A DNA stretch of 64,000 nt from Polaribacter sp. (lineage in GTDB: Bacteria > Bacteroidota > Bacteroidia > Flavobacteriales > Flavobacteriaceae), in assembly GCA_018608545.1 (NCBI GenBank), contig JABAZI010000039.1:43388-107387 (forward strand), written 5' to 3'. Of this stretch, positions 37,484 through 49,476 are shown in pieces. The stretch's first letter is position 1. Each line of letters opens with the position of its first letter. The notes beneath the pieces were generated by a model, which was given only the letters and a program-made list of their open reading frames with translations, was not told the origin of the DNA and ran no database searches. The position numbers and the translations under genes were made by a program.

Positions 37484-40400
37484 TTGAAATGCTTAGGGTA
37501 CTTTGTACTCTTATTGCTGTTTGTTAGTATTTTATTGTCAATACCTGCTGTGCAAACAAAACTTGGTAGCATTGCAACGACAAAACTGAACCAGGATTTT
37601 AATACACGCATCTCTATAAAAAAGATAGATTTATCTTTCTTAGGGAATGTTCAATTGGAAGGAGTAGAAATTAGAGACCATCACCAAGATACTTTGATTT
37701 TTGTAAATGAGTTAAATACGTCCATTTTTAAAGTAAAAAAAATTATCCAAAATAAGATTAATTTAGGCAATGTTTCCCTTGATGGTGTATCTGTTTATAT
37801 GAAAACCTATCGAGGTGAAACTAAAGATAACATGGCTGTTTTTGTTGATTCTTTTGGTGATGATTCTCAAAAAAATTCTTCATCCTCTCCTTTTGTCTTA
37901 AGTTCTTCCAATGTATACATAAGTGATTTAAACTATAAGTTGATCAATGAAAACGCTATAAACCCAGTCTCTTTTTCAGCAAAAAAAGGAGGGGCAAGTC
38001 TTCAGAATTTGTTAATTGACGGACCTAATTTTTCATCAAAAATAAGAGGATTGTATTTCGAGGATAACAAAGGTTTAGGAATTACTAGTTTATCTACTGA
38101 TTTTAAGTATTCTAAAACAGCTATGCGTTTTAAGAATACCACATTAAAAACTAGAAATTCAGAGATCAAAGCAACCATAGATTTTTCCTACAAAATAGAC
38201 GATTTATCTTCCTTTAACGACAAAGTACATATCACAGCCTCTTTTGACAACAGTGTATTATCAATTCCAGATTTAAAGAAATATTACAACGAATTAGACG
38301 GGAATGATGTTCTTGTTTTTTCGGGTAATATAAATGGAAAACTCAATGATTTTTCTCTGAATAAATTACGATTAACTTCCAAAGAGGGTTTGGGTATTAT
38401 TGGAGATTTTGATTTTTTAAATGCAGTCAATTATAACAGGGGCTTCAATTTTAAGACTAATTTAAAGAAATTTTCAGCTTCTTATATTGAGTTAATCAAA
38501 TTGTTACCCAATGTTTTAGGGAGGGTTTTACCTCTTGAAGCTATCAAGTTAGGGGAATTTACTATGAAAGGTAAAGTAGCGCTTACTCCCAAAAAAATAG
38601 ATGCTATTTTCGATTTGAAATCTCAAATTGGCGATGTGATCTCAGACATTCATATTGATGATATAGACCTTGCAACTTATAAAGGTAAAATTGAATTAAA
38701 TAATTTTGATTTAGGGGTATTCTTAAACAATCCCTTATTTGGTAAAACTTCTCTTCGAGGAGATTTAAAAGGGGGTGGGTTTGAGTTGGATCGTGTCAAT
38801 ACTTCATTTAATGCTGAGGTTTCTAAACTAAATTTTAATAATTATACATATAAAAATATAGACATAACGGGTTTGTATCAGTTCAATACGTTTGATGGAA
38901 ATCTAAAAATTGATGACGAACATTTTAAAATGAATTTTAGTGCTTTGGCAGATTTATCTTCAAGTCTCAATAAATTTGATTTAAAATCTGAGATTAAATA
39001 TTTAAATTTAAAAGAAACAAAACTCTACAAGAGAGATACAATCGCGATATTAAAAGGAAATGTAAAAATAGATATAGAAGGAAATACGTTTGATGATATG
39101 GCCGGAAAACTTATTTTTAATAACATCTCATACACAAACCAATTTGATCAATTTGATTTTAAGCAATTTAATCTTAGCTCTTCCATAAAAGATAATTTAA
39201 AAAGAATTGAGATAGCATCGGAAGATATTGCGAATGGATATCTTTCTGGAAATTTTTATTTTTCAGAATTATTAACTCTAGCACAAAATTCTTTGGGAGA
39301 AATTTATTCAAACTACAAACCTTATTTTGTAAAACCAAATCAGTTTTTAGATTTTAATTTTACAATTCATAGTCAAATAGTTTCTTTATTCTTCTCGGAG
39401 ATCTCTATTGACGATAATACCACGTTTAGGGGTAAAATTAATACGAATAAAAACCAGTTAAGATTAAAACTTGCATCCCCTAAAATTGATTTTTATGGGA
39501 ATGAAATAAAGGACCTCTTGCTGAGAACAGACAATCAAAATCCATTATACAATTCTCATTTAACGGCTTCAAAAGTTCAAACGAAGTATTACAATGTTTC
39601 TGAACTTAATTTATTGAGTTTGTATCAAAATGACACGTTGTATTTTAAATCTGTTTTTACAGGTGGAGATAAAAAAAATGAAGATTTTAATCTTGATTTT
39701 TTCTACACATTAAATTCAGTTGGTAAATCAGTAATTGGTTTTGATACCTCTTCATTTAAGTTCAAGGACAATATTTGGAACCTCTCTCCAAATGAATCAA
39801 TTCCGAACAAGATTACATTCGATTTGAAAGAAAATGAATTCAATTTCAGTAAGTTTAAACTTGTTTCTGGAGCACAAAAAATAGCATTCAAAGGAAGCTT
39901 GGATGCTGATGTAAACAAAGAGTTTTTAATCAATTTTACAAAAGTAAAATTACAGAGTTTTTTACCAATTATTGATAGTCTGGCATTAAAAGGTTCCCTA
40001 TCTGGAACTATTGATCTTGTCCAGAGAAATGGTGTTTATAATCCAAAAGCATTATTGACTATTAATGATTTTGATGTGAATGGTTTTAATCAAGGAGACT
40101 TATCTTTAAGTTTAAAAGGAGACAATTCGTTCGAAAAGTATGCAGTTGATTTGTCTATTGATAACCGTAAGGTAAAAAGTATTGAAGCCACAGGGTTTTT
40201 AGATTTTTCAGAAAAAAGACCCTTGATTGATTTAGAGGTCTATTTAGAGGAGTTTGGCTTGGATGCTTTTAGTCCATTAGGAAAAGATGTTTTATCCTCA
40301 ATAAGAGGAACAGCTTCAGGTAATTTTTCATTGAGTGGTTTTATAGGGAATCCAGAAATGGACGGAGCTCTTAAACTTAAAAATGCAGGATTAAAGTTTC

Positions 40401-41839
40401 CCTATTTGAATGTGAATTATGATTTTGAAGTAGAACCCACCGTTAGGCTAACCGAACAATCTTTTGTGTTTGAAGCGTTTTCTCTGATCGATACAAAATA
40501 CAAAACCAAAGGTTTCTTGAAAGGAAACATTTCTCATAAAAACTTCAATCAATGGGTTTTAGAGATGAAAATCGATAGTGATAACCTGTTGGTTTTAGAT
40601 ACGCAAAACACAGATGAATCCACCTATTATGGAACTATATTTATAGATGGAGAGGCGAATTTTACAGGGCTAACGGATCAATTAACCATTGATGTTAATG
40701 CCAAAACGATGCCTCAAACTACCTTTATAGTTCCTTTAAAAGATGTTCAAACTGCAGACAGTTATCGGTTAATTCATTTTAAATCGACCATCACGAAAAC
40801 AAAAGAAAAGCAACAACAAGTTGCTTTGGAGGCTGTAAAAGGACTTTCCTTAAATTTAAACATGGAAGTTACTAAAGATGCAACTGCTCAAGTAGTGATT
40901 GATGAGATTAATGGAAGTCAATTAACAGGAAGTGGTGCTGGAAATCTTATGATAGAAATAGATACTCGTGGTAAGTTCAATATGTTTGGAGATTACACAA
41001 TAAATTCAGGAGTATACGACTTTAAGTACGGAGGCATCGTAAACAAACCATTTTTAATTCAAAAAGGAGGGGCAATTTCATGGAATGGAAATCCTTTTGA
41101 AGCAAATTTAGATGTTACAGCAGTATATAAAGCAAAAGCAAATCCTGGAGTTTTACTGCCAAATTTTAATTCTAACAGAAAAATTGAAGTTGATTTAGTA
41201 ACGAGGATTACCGGGGGCTTATTCAGTTCTAAACAAGATTTGAATATTCAGTTAACAAATGTTGATCCCATCATTGCAAGTGAGTTAGAATTTGTTTTAA
41301 ATGATAACAATGTAAATGAGAAAACTACACAATTTGTATCATTGCTTGCTTTCGATAATTTTGTAAATCCAGATAAAGTAGATTTTAATGCGGGGGCTAC
41401 CATATCAAGCAGAGCTTCTAGCGCACTTGCAGCGGCTTTTTCAAGTTTATTGAGTACACCAGATGATAAGTTTCAATTGGGGTTAGATTATCAGCAAGGT
41501 AATAGTGGGAATGATATAGATCGGTTAAACACAGATAACCAAGTAGATGTTTCCGTAACTACACAATTAGGAGATAAAGTAATTATAAACGGAAAAGTAG
41601 GAGTTCCTATTGGAGCTCAGACTCAATCCAGTGTTGTTGGAGAAGTAAAAGTTGAAGTTTTACTTAATAAAGACGGAAATTTTCGAGGAGTCATATTTAA
41701 CAGGCAAAATGAAATTCAATATTCTACAGAAGAAGAGGGGTACACTCAAGGAGTAGGTCTTTCTTATCAAGTGAATTTTAATACCCTTTCAAGTTTATTA
41801 AAGAAAATTACTCTTAAGAAAAAAAAGGATACTCCCTAA
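37484..41839 (+). CDS. tamB: translocation/assembly module protein TamB (DUF490)
   Basis: 1451 aa. One N-terminal TM anchor, a long beta-rich repetitive body and a conserved C-terminal DUF490-like region. TTG start; there is no in-frame ATG upstream. Confidence 0.85.
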   Translation: MKCLGYFVLLLLFVSILLSIPAVQTKLGSIATTKLNQDFNTRISIKKIDLSFLGNVQLEGVEIRDHHQDTLIFVNELNTSIFKVKKIIQNKINLGNVSLDGVSVYMKTYRGETKDNMAVFVDSFGDDSQKNSSSSPFVLSSSNVYISDLNYKLINENAINPVSFSAKKGGASLQNLLIDGPNFSSKIRGLYFEDNKGLGITSLSTDFKYSKTAMRFKNTTLKTRNSEIKATIDFSYKIDDLSSFNDKVHITASFDNSVLSIPDLKKYYNELDGNDVLVFSGNINGKLNDFSLNKLRLTSKEGLGIIGDFDFLNAVNYNRGFNFKTNLKKFSASYIELIKLLPNVLGRVLPLEAIKLGEFTMKGKVALTPKKIDAIFDLKSQIGDVISDIHIDDIDLATYKGKIELNNFDLGVFLNNPLFGKTSLRGDLKGGGFELDRVNTSFNAEVSKLNFNNYTYKNIDITGLYQFNTFDGNLKIDDEHFKMNFSALADLSSSLNKFDLKSEIKYLNLKETKLYKRDTIAILKGNVKIDIEGNTFDDMAGKLIFNNISYTNQFDQFDFKQFNLSSSIKDNLKRIEIASEDIANGYLSGNFYFSELLTLAQNSLGEIYSNYKPYFVKPNQFLDFNFTIHSQIVSLFFSEISIDDNTTFRGKINTNKNQLRLKLASPKIDFYGNEIKDLLLRTDNQNPLYNSHLTASKVQTKYYNVSELNLLSLYQNDTLYFKSVFTGGDKKNEDFNLDFFYTLNSVGKSVIGFDTSSFKFKDNIWNLSPNESIPNKITFDLKENEFNFSKFKLVSGAQKIAFKGSLDADVNKEFLINFTKVKLQSFLPIIDSLALKGSLSGTIDLVQRNGVYNPKALLTINDFDVNGFNQGDLSLSLKGDNSFEKYAVDLSIDNRKVKSIEATGFLDFSEKRPLIDLEVYLEEFGLDAFSPLGKDVLSSIRGTASGNFSLSGFIGNPEMDGALKLKNAGLKFPYLNVNYDFEVEPTVRLTEQSFVFEAFSLIDTKYKTKGFLKGNISHKNFNQWVLEMKIDSDNLLVLDTQNTDESTYYGTIFIDGEANFTGLTDQLTIDVNAKTMPQTTFIVPLKDVQTADSYRLIHFKSTITKTKEKQQQVALEAVKGLSLNLNMEVTKDATAQVVIDEINGSQLTGSGAGNLMIEIDTRGKFNMFGDYTINSGVYDFKYGGIVNKPFLIQKGGAISWNGNPFEANLDVTAVYKAKANPGVLLPNFNSNRKIEVDLVTRITGGLFSSKQDLNIQLTNVDPIIASELEFVLNDNNVNEKTTQFVSLLAFDNFVNPDKVDFNAGATISSRASSALAAAFSSLLSTPDDKFQLGLDYQQGNSGNDIDRLNTDNQVDVSVTTQLGDKVIINGKVGVPIGAQTQSSVVGEVKVEVLLNKDGNFRGVIFNRQNEIQYSTEEEGYTQGVGLSYQVNFNTLSSLLKKITLKKKKDTP

Positions 41840-42091
41840 AAGTGTTGCTATGGATAGAGAAATTATAAAAAATAAAACCAATTTTATGAGATACTAAGTT
41901 TTAGATGACAATTTGAATTTTATGAGTCAAAATTAGTCCCATTTTTTACGAAAAATTAGAATCCATAATTCGTTATAAATTTCAAAATAATCAATCTGTT
42001 TTTCCACCTATAATTGTATGAAATAGCCTAAAACGATTTCGTAATAATATTATTTTAAATGGTTTTAAAGCAGTAATTTTACACCATAAAT

Positions 42092-43075
42092 ATGAATAAA
42101 ATAAAAAAAATAGCAGTAATGACTTCTGGAGGAGATGCTCCAGGAATGAACGCAGCAATTAGATCGGTTGTTAGAGCATGTGCATTTCACGGCGTTGAAT
42201 GTATAGGGATCTACAGAGGATATGAAGGAATGATTGATGGTGATTTTATAGATTTAAATGCACGAAGTGTTAAAGGCATTATAAACAAGGGAGGAACTTT
42301 TTTAAAATCTGCAAGATCTAAAGAATTTAGAACCAAAGCGGGTAGAAAAAAAGCATATGAATCTTTGAAAGCGGCACATGTTGATGCGCTGGTATCCATA
42401 GGTGGTGACGGAACTTTTACAGGTGCAATGATCTTTAATCAAGAATTTAATTTCCCTGTTATTGGAATTCCAGGTACAATTGACAATGATATTTTTGGAA
42501 CTTCACACACCTTGGGTTATGACACGACACTCAATACGGTTGTTGATGTAATTGATAAAATTAGAGATACCGCTAGTTCTCACAATAGATTGTTTTTTGT
42601 GGAGGTAATGGGAAGAGATGTTGGACATATTGCTTTAAATGTAGGTGTTGGAGCAGGAGCTGAAGAAATTTTAATACCTGAAGAAGATTTAGGATTGGAT
42701 AGACTGTTGGAATCTTTAGTGCGAAGTAAAGAATCTGGAAAGTCATCCAGTATTGTTGTGGTAGCAGAAGGAGATAGAATAGGTAAAAATGTATTCGAAT
42801 TAAAAGACTACGTAGAAGAGCATTTACCAGAATACGAAGTTAGAGTTTCGGTTTTAGGCCACATGCAAAGAGGGGGTTCACCTTCTTGTTTTGATCGAGT
42901 TTTAGCAAGTAGAATGGGAGTGAAAGCCGTAGAAAGTTTGTTAGAGGGAAAATCCAATTATATGGTTGGTCTGTCTAGTGATACAATCCAATTAACTCCT
43001 TTAGATAAAGCGATTAAAGGACAATCAAAAATAAATAAAGAATTAATTCGTGTGTCAGATATCATGACCACATAA
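42092..43075 (+). CDS. pfkA: ATP-dependent 6-phosphofructokinase
   Basis: 327 aa with TSGGDAPGMNAAIR, GGDGT, PGTIDND and MGR motifs. Confidence 0.95.
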   Translation: MNKIKKIAVMTSGGDAPGMNAAIRSVVRACAFHGVECIGIYRGYEGMIDGDFIDLNARSVKGIINKGGTFLKSARSKEFRTKAGRKKAYESLKAAHVDALVSIGGDGTFTGAMIFNQEFNFPVIGIPGTIDNDIFGTSHTLGYDTTLNTVVDVIDKIRDTASSHNRLFFVEVMGRDVGHIALNVGVGAGAEEILIPEEDLGLDRLLESLVRSKESGKSSSIVVVAEGDRIGKNVFELKDYVEEHLPEYEVRVSVLGHMQRGGSPSCFDRVLASRMGVKAVESLLEGKSNYMVGLSSDTIQLTPLDKAIKGQSKINKELIRVSDIMTT

Positions 43076-43087
43076 TAACAATTATAA

Positions 43088-44098
<1,011 letters not shown>

Positions 44099-44118
44099 AA
44101 TATCAAACAAATGATATT

Positions 44119-44152
44119 AAAAAACCTGATAGTTAAAGCTATCAGGTTTTTT
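44119..44152. terminator. bidirectional rho-independent terminator between gap and ridA
   Basis: 14-bp stem AAAAAACCTGATAG / CTATCAGGTTTTTT, loop TTAAAG. The T-run overlaps the ridA stop codon. Confidence 0.9.
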
Positions 44153-44531
44153 ATTTTACAGCGATAGCGCTAATTTCTACATTTGCAGATTTAGGTAATG
44201 CTGCTACTTCAACGGTCTCTCTTGCTGGAGCACTTTCCTCATTAAAATAGTCTCCATAGACGCTGTTTATTTCTCCAAAGTTATTCATATCAGAAATAAA
44301 TATGGAGGTTTTGATAACATTTTCAAAGGTCATGTCAGCCGCCGCTAGAACTTCTTTTAAGTGTTCCATTACAAGTCTTGTTTCCTCTGATATTGTAGCG
44401 GAAATAACGTTCCCAGTTTCAAGGTTTATTGCTATTTGACCAGAGGTGTATAGTGTATTTCCACTCAATACAGCTTGGTTATAAGGTCCTATTGGTGCAG
44501 GGGCTTTATGTGTTTTTATTATTTTTTTCAT
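44151..44531 (-). CDS. ridA: RidA-family reactive-intermediate deaminase
   Basis: 126 aa. APAPIGPYNQAV, TSGQI, and a C-terminal PARETVEVAALP. Confidence 0.92.
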   Translation of the reverse strand: MKKIIKTHKAPAPIGPYNQAVLSGNTLYTSGQIAINLETGNVISATISEETRLVMEHLKEVLAAADMTFENVIKTSIFISDMNNFGEINSVYGDYFNEESAPARETVEVAALPKSANVEISAIAVK

Positions 44532-44548
44532 ACGGTGAATTTACATGA

Positions 44549-47245
44549 TTAAAACAACCTTCTATCTGGTGGTTTGTTTTTATCCCATTTTAAATCTGAT
44601 AAAATAGAAGATTTTACACCAATGAAGAAGGTATATGAAGAATTTGTTCCGAAAGGAACCCAATTAAAATTGAATTGCCAACTGTCTAAATCTCGAGTGA
44701 AATTAAACCTAGAAAATGTAAATGCTCCTCCTTTAACATCATAACCAGATGAATATCCCATTTTCCATTTAGGTGATAATTCTACATTCCCACTAAACAT
44801 AATACTGTGAACACCGATATCACCTCCATCAATACCATTGTTTCTGTAATTTGTAGAATAAGCTAAATTAATAGACCAAGGGATGTCTGCTTTGTATAGT
44901 GTTGTTTCTTTATCTTTCTTTCTTTGATTGTCGTTGTTTGTGCTGCTTTGGTTAAGTCTATTTGTGGGATTGATGTTAGCACCAAGAATATCTGTACCAT
45001 TTTGAGCACCATTTCCATTATTATTTTTAGAATCTTTTTTAGACTTTTTATCAAAATCTGAGCTTGAAATTGAATAGTTAGCTGTCAAATTTGCGTTTGT
45101 TAATCGAAGTATGTTTGGGTTAAATTGATTAATTCTTGTAATCCTTCCATTACTAGAAACCACTTTGTAAGGATCTAAAGAACCACTTAAATTAATAGCT
45201 AATTTGTCTTTAAATAATCTTGTACCTGCAGAAAAACTTACTGGAGACCATCGCAAACTGTCAGCAGCAATATTATAGGAACTATTGAAATTTAAATTAT
45301 TTAATAAAGTTATTTTTTCGTCCTCTTCATCACTTTCGGGATCTTTGGGTGCTACTTTTGCTTCCAATACATTATTTAAAGAAATTCCGATAGTGTTGCT
45401 TAATCCACCGGAAGGAGCCCCATAGATTCCTTGATCAAATACCGTATAGTCTAGAAAGTCTGTAGCGTCTGCACTTCGTTGTACTTTTTTTAAGTATTTA
45501 TCCTTAAAATCAGGCCTATATGAATACGAGATAGAAGGTCTAAAAGTATGTCTTATTTTTTTTAATCTTCCTTTTTTAAAATTGAAAGTACCGTAGATAT
45601 TAGTAGATAAACTAATTCCAGCATTGTATTCTCTGTAGCTTTTAAACCCTCTTAATGTATCTGTTACAACGACGTTGTTCGTAATATCATATTCTTTTTG
45701 AATATAGTCAAACTGCCAGGTTTCTTCATAATTTACACTTGGTGATAATGTAAAGTATTTAAAAGCTTTGATATTGGTATTGGTTCCTGTTCTATGTTGT
45801 GCGCCTGACCTTGCTGTTTCAAACATTTTACTTTTTAAAAAATCATCATCAGTAGTATTGATTAGATATTGTCCCTGTAAGGTATAGTTAAATCCCATTT
45901 TTTGTATGGGTGTTTTTTGAACCCCACCTTTTCCTGCAAAAGGATAAATTCTATTCATGTTTAACGTTAATGAGGGAAGGGTCATTGTAATCTTTTCGGT
46001 ATTCGTATTTTGCTGATGTGATGCTGTTACATTCATGTTAAAGGGCGTACCAACAAAAGTCTTACTGTAATTTATAGAGGAGTTTAACGTATTTGTTTGA
46101 GTTTGAGAAACATTAAACTGATTTTGAGATTCTCTAAAAAATTTACTACTCCCTAAATTTACAGATGCAGTAAATCTGGAATTTGGGCTGGCTTTAGCAT
46201 CTTGACTATGAGACCATCTAATATTAAAATTATTAGCTTTGCTAAAATCATCAAAACCTCTTATTCCATTGATGTTATTCTCAAAATTAAAATTAAAAGA
46301 TCCGCTAAATCGATACCTTTTTCGATAGTTTGAACTCAGTCTCATACCCCAGCTTCCATTAGAGTAGGCGTCTCCTAAGACTGTTAAGTCCATATAATCA
46401 TTAATGGCAAAATAATATCCACCATTCTGAATTCCAATTCCTCTAGAACTACTACCTGTATCAAAAGCAGGGATTAAAAAACCAGAAACATTTGTTTCTC
46501 CTATGGGAAAATATGCAAAGGGGAGAAAAATTGGAGTTGGGATGTCTGCTAAAACCAAATTACTAGAACCAACAATGATTTTCTTACCAGGAACTAGTTT
46601 TGCTTTGTTGGTTGCAATGTAATAATCTGGTATCTTTTTTTCTGAAGTGGTAAATCTTATATTTCTTACATAAATAGTCGAATCATTTACTCGTTTGGTT
46701 TTTTTACCATACGTGTACATTTCTCCCTGTTTTGTTTTTAAGCCATAGATTAAGGCGCGTTTACTTTTAAAGTTATAAAGAATAGAATCTTGTTCAGACT
46801 CTTGTCCACCTTGTTTGAATATTGGAAGTTGTGTGTAGCCTATACTGTCAATTATTCCTTTTGCAAAAAGCGTATTTTTTTTATAATCAACAATAATAAT
46901 TCCTGCTTTTAAATCAATATCTGTGTAGGAAATATTTGCTTCATTGTACAGCGTGACAGTTTTGTCCCTCGCATTCTGAATTGTATAGTCTTTGGCGACG
47001 TGTACAATAATGTCTTCAATCGTTTCTTTAGGTTTTATAGAATCTACTGCAATTGAATCCGTTTTTTTAAAGCCTAAAGAATCTTTTTTGTTTTCAAAAC
47101 GGTTTTCTTTTTTGTTGGCATCAATAAGTTTTTTTTTAACCGAAGAAATTCCTTCTTTTTTTTCAGAAATGGTCTCTTGACAAAATCCTATCCTGATAAA
47201 AAATATACAGTAAAATAAAAGAATGTATGATCGGTTTGTTTGCAA
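44549..47245 (-). CDS. lptD: putative LPS-assembly outer-membrane protein (LptD/OstA-like, Bacteroidota type)
   Basis: 898 aa. Signal peptide, N-terminal OstA-like region, a long beta-barrel-like body rich in alternating aromatic residues, and a terminal F. TTG start. Confidence 0.7.
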   Translation of the reverse strand: MQTNRSYILLFYCIFFIRIGFCQETISEKKEGISSVKKKLIDANKKENRFENKKDSLGFKKTDSIAVDSIKPKETIEDIIVHVAKDYTIQNARDKTVTLYNEANISYTDIDLKAGIIIVDYKKNTLFAKGIIDSIGYTQLPIFKQGGQESEQDSILYNFKSKRALIYGLKTKQGEMYTYGKKTKRVNDSTIYVRNIRFTTSEKKIPDYYIATNKAKLVPGKKIIVGSSNLVLADIPTPIFLPFAYFPIGETNVSGFLIPAFDTGSSSRGIGIQNGGYYFAINDYMDLTVLGDAYSNGSWGMRLSSNYRKRYRFSGSFNFNFENNINGIRGFDDFSKANNFNIRWSHSQDAKASPNSRFTASVNLGSSKFFRESQNQFNVSQTQTNTLNSSINYSKTFVGTPFNMNVTASHQQNTNTEKITMTLPSLTLNMNRIYPFAGKGGVQKTPIQKMGFNYTLQGQYLINTTDDDFLKSKMFETARSGAQHRTGTNTNIKAFKYFTLSPSVNYEETWQFDYIQKEYDITNNVVVTDTLRGFKSYREYNAGISLSTNIYGTFNFKKGRLKKIRHTFRPSISYSYRPDFKDKYLKKVQRSADATDFLDYTVFDQGIYGAPSGGLSNTIGISLNNVLEAKVAPKDPESDEEDEKITLLNNLNFNSSYNIAADSLRWSPVSFSAGTRLFKDKLAINLSGSLDPYKVVSSNGRITRINQFNPNILRLTNANLTANYSISSSDFDKKSKKDSKNNNGNGAQNGTDILGANINPTNRLNQSSTNNDNQRKKDKETTLYKADIPWSINLAYSTNYRNNGIDGGDIGVHSIMFSGNVELSPKWKMGYSSGYDVKGGAFTFSRFNFTRDLDSWQFNFNWVPFGTNSSYTFFIGVKSSILSDLKWDKNKPPDRRLF

Positions 47246-47337
47246 TGCTTTAAATGCTATTTTTGTATTAGGGTAAAAGTATGGTTCAATAATTGAAGCA
47301 CCAAATTTACAATGCCAAAATTAGTTAAATTTTATTG

Positions 47338-48429
47338 ATGCTATTTCAACAAAACAACAAAATTAATCTACCGGTAAGAATTATTTTTCTTTTTTTCTTT
47401 GCATGTTTTTTTCTGATGAATTCATCAACAGTTTTTTCACAAAAAAAATACATAATAGTTATAGATGCTGGTCATGGAGGTAGAGATCCTGGAAATTTAG
47501 GAAATGGATATAAAGAAAAGAACATTGCATTAAAGGTTGCTTTAGCGGTGGGAAAAAAATTGACTATCAAGAAAGATATTCAGGTTATTTTTACCAGAAA
47601 AAAAGATGTTTTTATAGATTTATGGAAAAGAGGAGATGTTGCAAATAATTCAAAAGCGGATTTATTTATATCGATTCATTGTGATTCTCACACATCAAAT
47701 GCCTACGGTGCGGGTACTTTTGTTTTAGGTCTCAGAGGAAATAAAAAGAATTTAGAAATAGCTAAAAGAGAAAATGCAGCCATATTAAAGGAGAATAATT
47801 ATAAAGACAGGTATAAGGGATTTGATCCAAATTCAGCCGAGTCTGTTATCGGTTTGTCACTTTTACAAGAAGAAAATTTAGATAAAAGTTTAACGATTGC
47901 AAGTTTGATTCAAAATAATTTCACTCGTAAACTTAATAGATTGAATAGAAAAGTAAAACAAGATAATTTTCAAGTTTTAAGAGAAACGATTATGCCAAGT
48001 GTTTTGGTAGAACTTGGCTTTTTAACAAACAAAAAGGAGGGAAAGTACCTCAATTCAAAAAAAGGGCAGGAGCAAATGGCCACTGCAATTTCAGAAGCAG
48101 TATTGCAATATATTCGTAATTTGAAATTAAACACAGTTGCTCCTTCTGAAGCTAAAATTAACGTTGTAAATCCGATTGAATTTAAAATTCAAATTTCCTC
48201 TGGAAAAAATAAAATACCAACTAAATCATATAATTTTAAGGGTTTAAAACAAATTCAAAGAGTTTCTGTTGGAAAATTTTATAAGTATTATTACGGAAAT
48301 ACGTCCAATTATAAAGAGGTGAAAGAATCTTTGAAAATAGCCATATCTAAAGGGTATACTTCTGCTTTTATCGTTGCTTTTAAGAATGGTAAAAAAATTA
48401 CGATTCAAGAAGGAATTAAAAAGCAATAA
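47338..48429 (+). CDS. N-acetylmuramoyl-L-alanine amidase (Amidase_3) with C-terminal SPOR-like domain
   Basis: IVIDAGHGG, SIHCDS and LVELGFLTN motifs. The C-terminal 80 aa resemble SPOR. ATG at 47338, directly after the TTG at 47335. Confidence 0.88.
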   Translation: MLFQQNNKINLPVRIIFLFFFACFFLMNSSTVFSQKKYIIVIDAGHGGRDPGNLGNGYKEKNIALKVALAVGKKLTIKKDIQVIFTRKKDVFIDLWKRGDVANNSKADLFISIHCDSHTSNAYGAGTFVLGLRGNKKNLEIAKRENAAILKENNYKDRYKGFDPNSAESVIGLSLLQEENLDKSLTIASLIQNNFTRKLNRLNRKVKQDNFQVLRETIMPSVLVELGFLTNKKEGKYLNSKKGQEQMATAISEAVLQYIRNLKLNTVAPSEAKINVVNPIEFKIQISSGKNKIPTKSYNFKGLKQIQRVSVGKFYKYYYGNTSNYKEVKESLKIAISKGYTSAFIVAFKNGKKITIQEGIKKQ

Positions 48430-48481
48430 TTTTGAGGCTCTCCATCAAAAATTCATTAATTTAGCTAATAAAAATTTATCT

Positions 48482-49444
48482 ATGTCTAAACAATTAAAAA
48501 CAGGAATTGTTGCTGTTATAATTATAGCCTTATTTATTTGGGGATACTCTTTTTTAAAAGGTCATAACCTATTTGATTCAGAGACTCGCTATTTTAATGT
48601 AGAATATGCTAATATCGCAGGGCTTTCAAAATCTAGTTTAGTTACTATTAATGGATTGAAAGTTGGTAAAATTGACCAAATTAGATTCAACAAAAATCTA
48701 CAAAAAAAAGGACATTTAGTTGTTCGTTTTTCCGTTGAAAAAGAATTTTCATTTTCAAAGAACAGTATTGTAAAAATATATTCTCCCAATCCTTTAAGTG
48801 CATCTAATCTTGCGATTATACCCAAATATGATGGAGAAAATGCAGTCTCAGATGATACGCTTGTCGGAGAAATAGAGTCTAATTTGTTTACCTCTATTGG
48901 TGAGCGTTTAGATCCTCTTCAAACAAAATTAGAACGTGTAATTGTGAGTGCTGATTCTTTGTTTAAAAAGGTAAATACTATTTTAGATTTGAAAACACAA
49001 AATAGCTTAAGAGCCTCTGTAAAAAATATTGAATACGCTACGGAAGAACTTAACAAAACGATGTTGTCTGTCAATACTTTAATGGATGCAACCTCCCTTG
49101 ATTTGAAAGAAAGTATCACGAATACCAGGTCAATTACAGAAAATTTTTCTAAAATCTCAGATACCTTAGTCAATGCAAATATTGGTAAAATTCTAAAAGA
49201 TGCACAAGGAACTATTTCTTCGGTCAACCTACTGATAGATGGGATTACTTCTGGAAAGGGGTCTGTTGGTAAACTAGTTACAAATGACGATTTGTACAAC
49301 AATATTGCAGCAACTACCAAAGAATTAGAAAACTTACTTAGAGAGATAAAACTACATCCTAAAAGATTTGTTCATTTTTCTTTGTTTGGGAAAAAAGCAA
49401 AACAATACACTTCGGTAAAAGATACCGTATCATCAAAAAAATAA
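48482..49444 (+). CDS. MlaD/MCE-family protein
   Basis: Starts MSKQLKTGIVAVIIIALFIWGY (TM anchor), then an MCE domain (VTINGLKVGKI) and a helical C-terminus. The ORF-track extension to 48374 overlaps the amidase gene. Confidence 0.85.
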   Translation: MSKQLKTGIVAVIIIALFIWGYSFLKGHNLFDSETRYFNVEYANIAGLSKSSLVTINGLKVGKIDQIRFNKNLQKKGHLVVRFSVEKEFSFSKNSIVKIYSPNPLSASNLAIIPKYDGENAVSDDTLVGEIESNLFTSIGERLDPLQTKLERVIVSADSLFKKVNTILDLKTQNSLRASVKNIEYATEELNKTMLSVNTLMDATSLDLKESITNTRSITENFSKISDTLVNANIGKILKDAQGTISSVNLLIDGITSGKGSVGKLVTNDDLYNNIAATTKELENLLREIKLHPKRFVHFSLFGKKAKQYTSVKDTVSSKK

Positions 49445-49476
49445 ATTGATATAATATTACAATACACCTAATCAAT

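Noticed and set aside
41880-41926. 11-nt direct repeat AATTTTATGAG occurring twice (41880-41890 and 41916-41926) upstream of pfkA-gap
   Set aside because: The sequence is AT-rich and short, and by my rough estimate a chance recurrence within a 250-nt gap is not negligible. It matches no known operator motif.
48374-48481. N-terminal extension of the MlaD ORF, overlapping the amidase gene
   Set aside because: The internal ATG at 48482 gives the canonical short N-terminus plus TM anchor. The extension overlaps the SPOR domain coding region in another frame.
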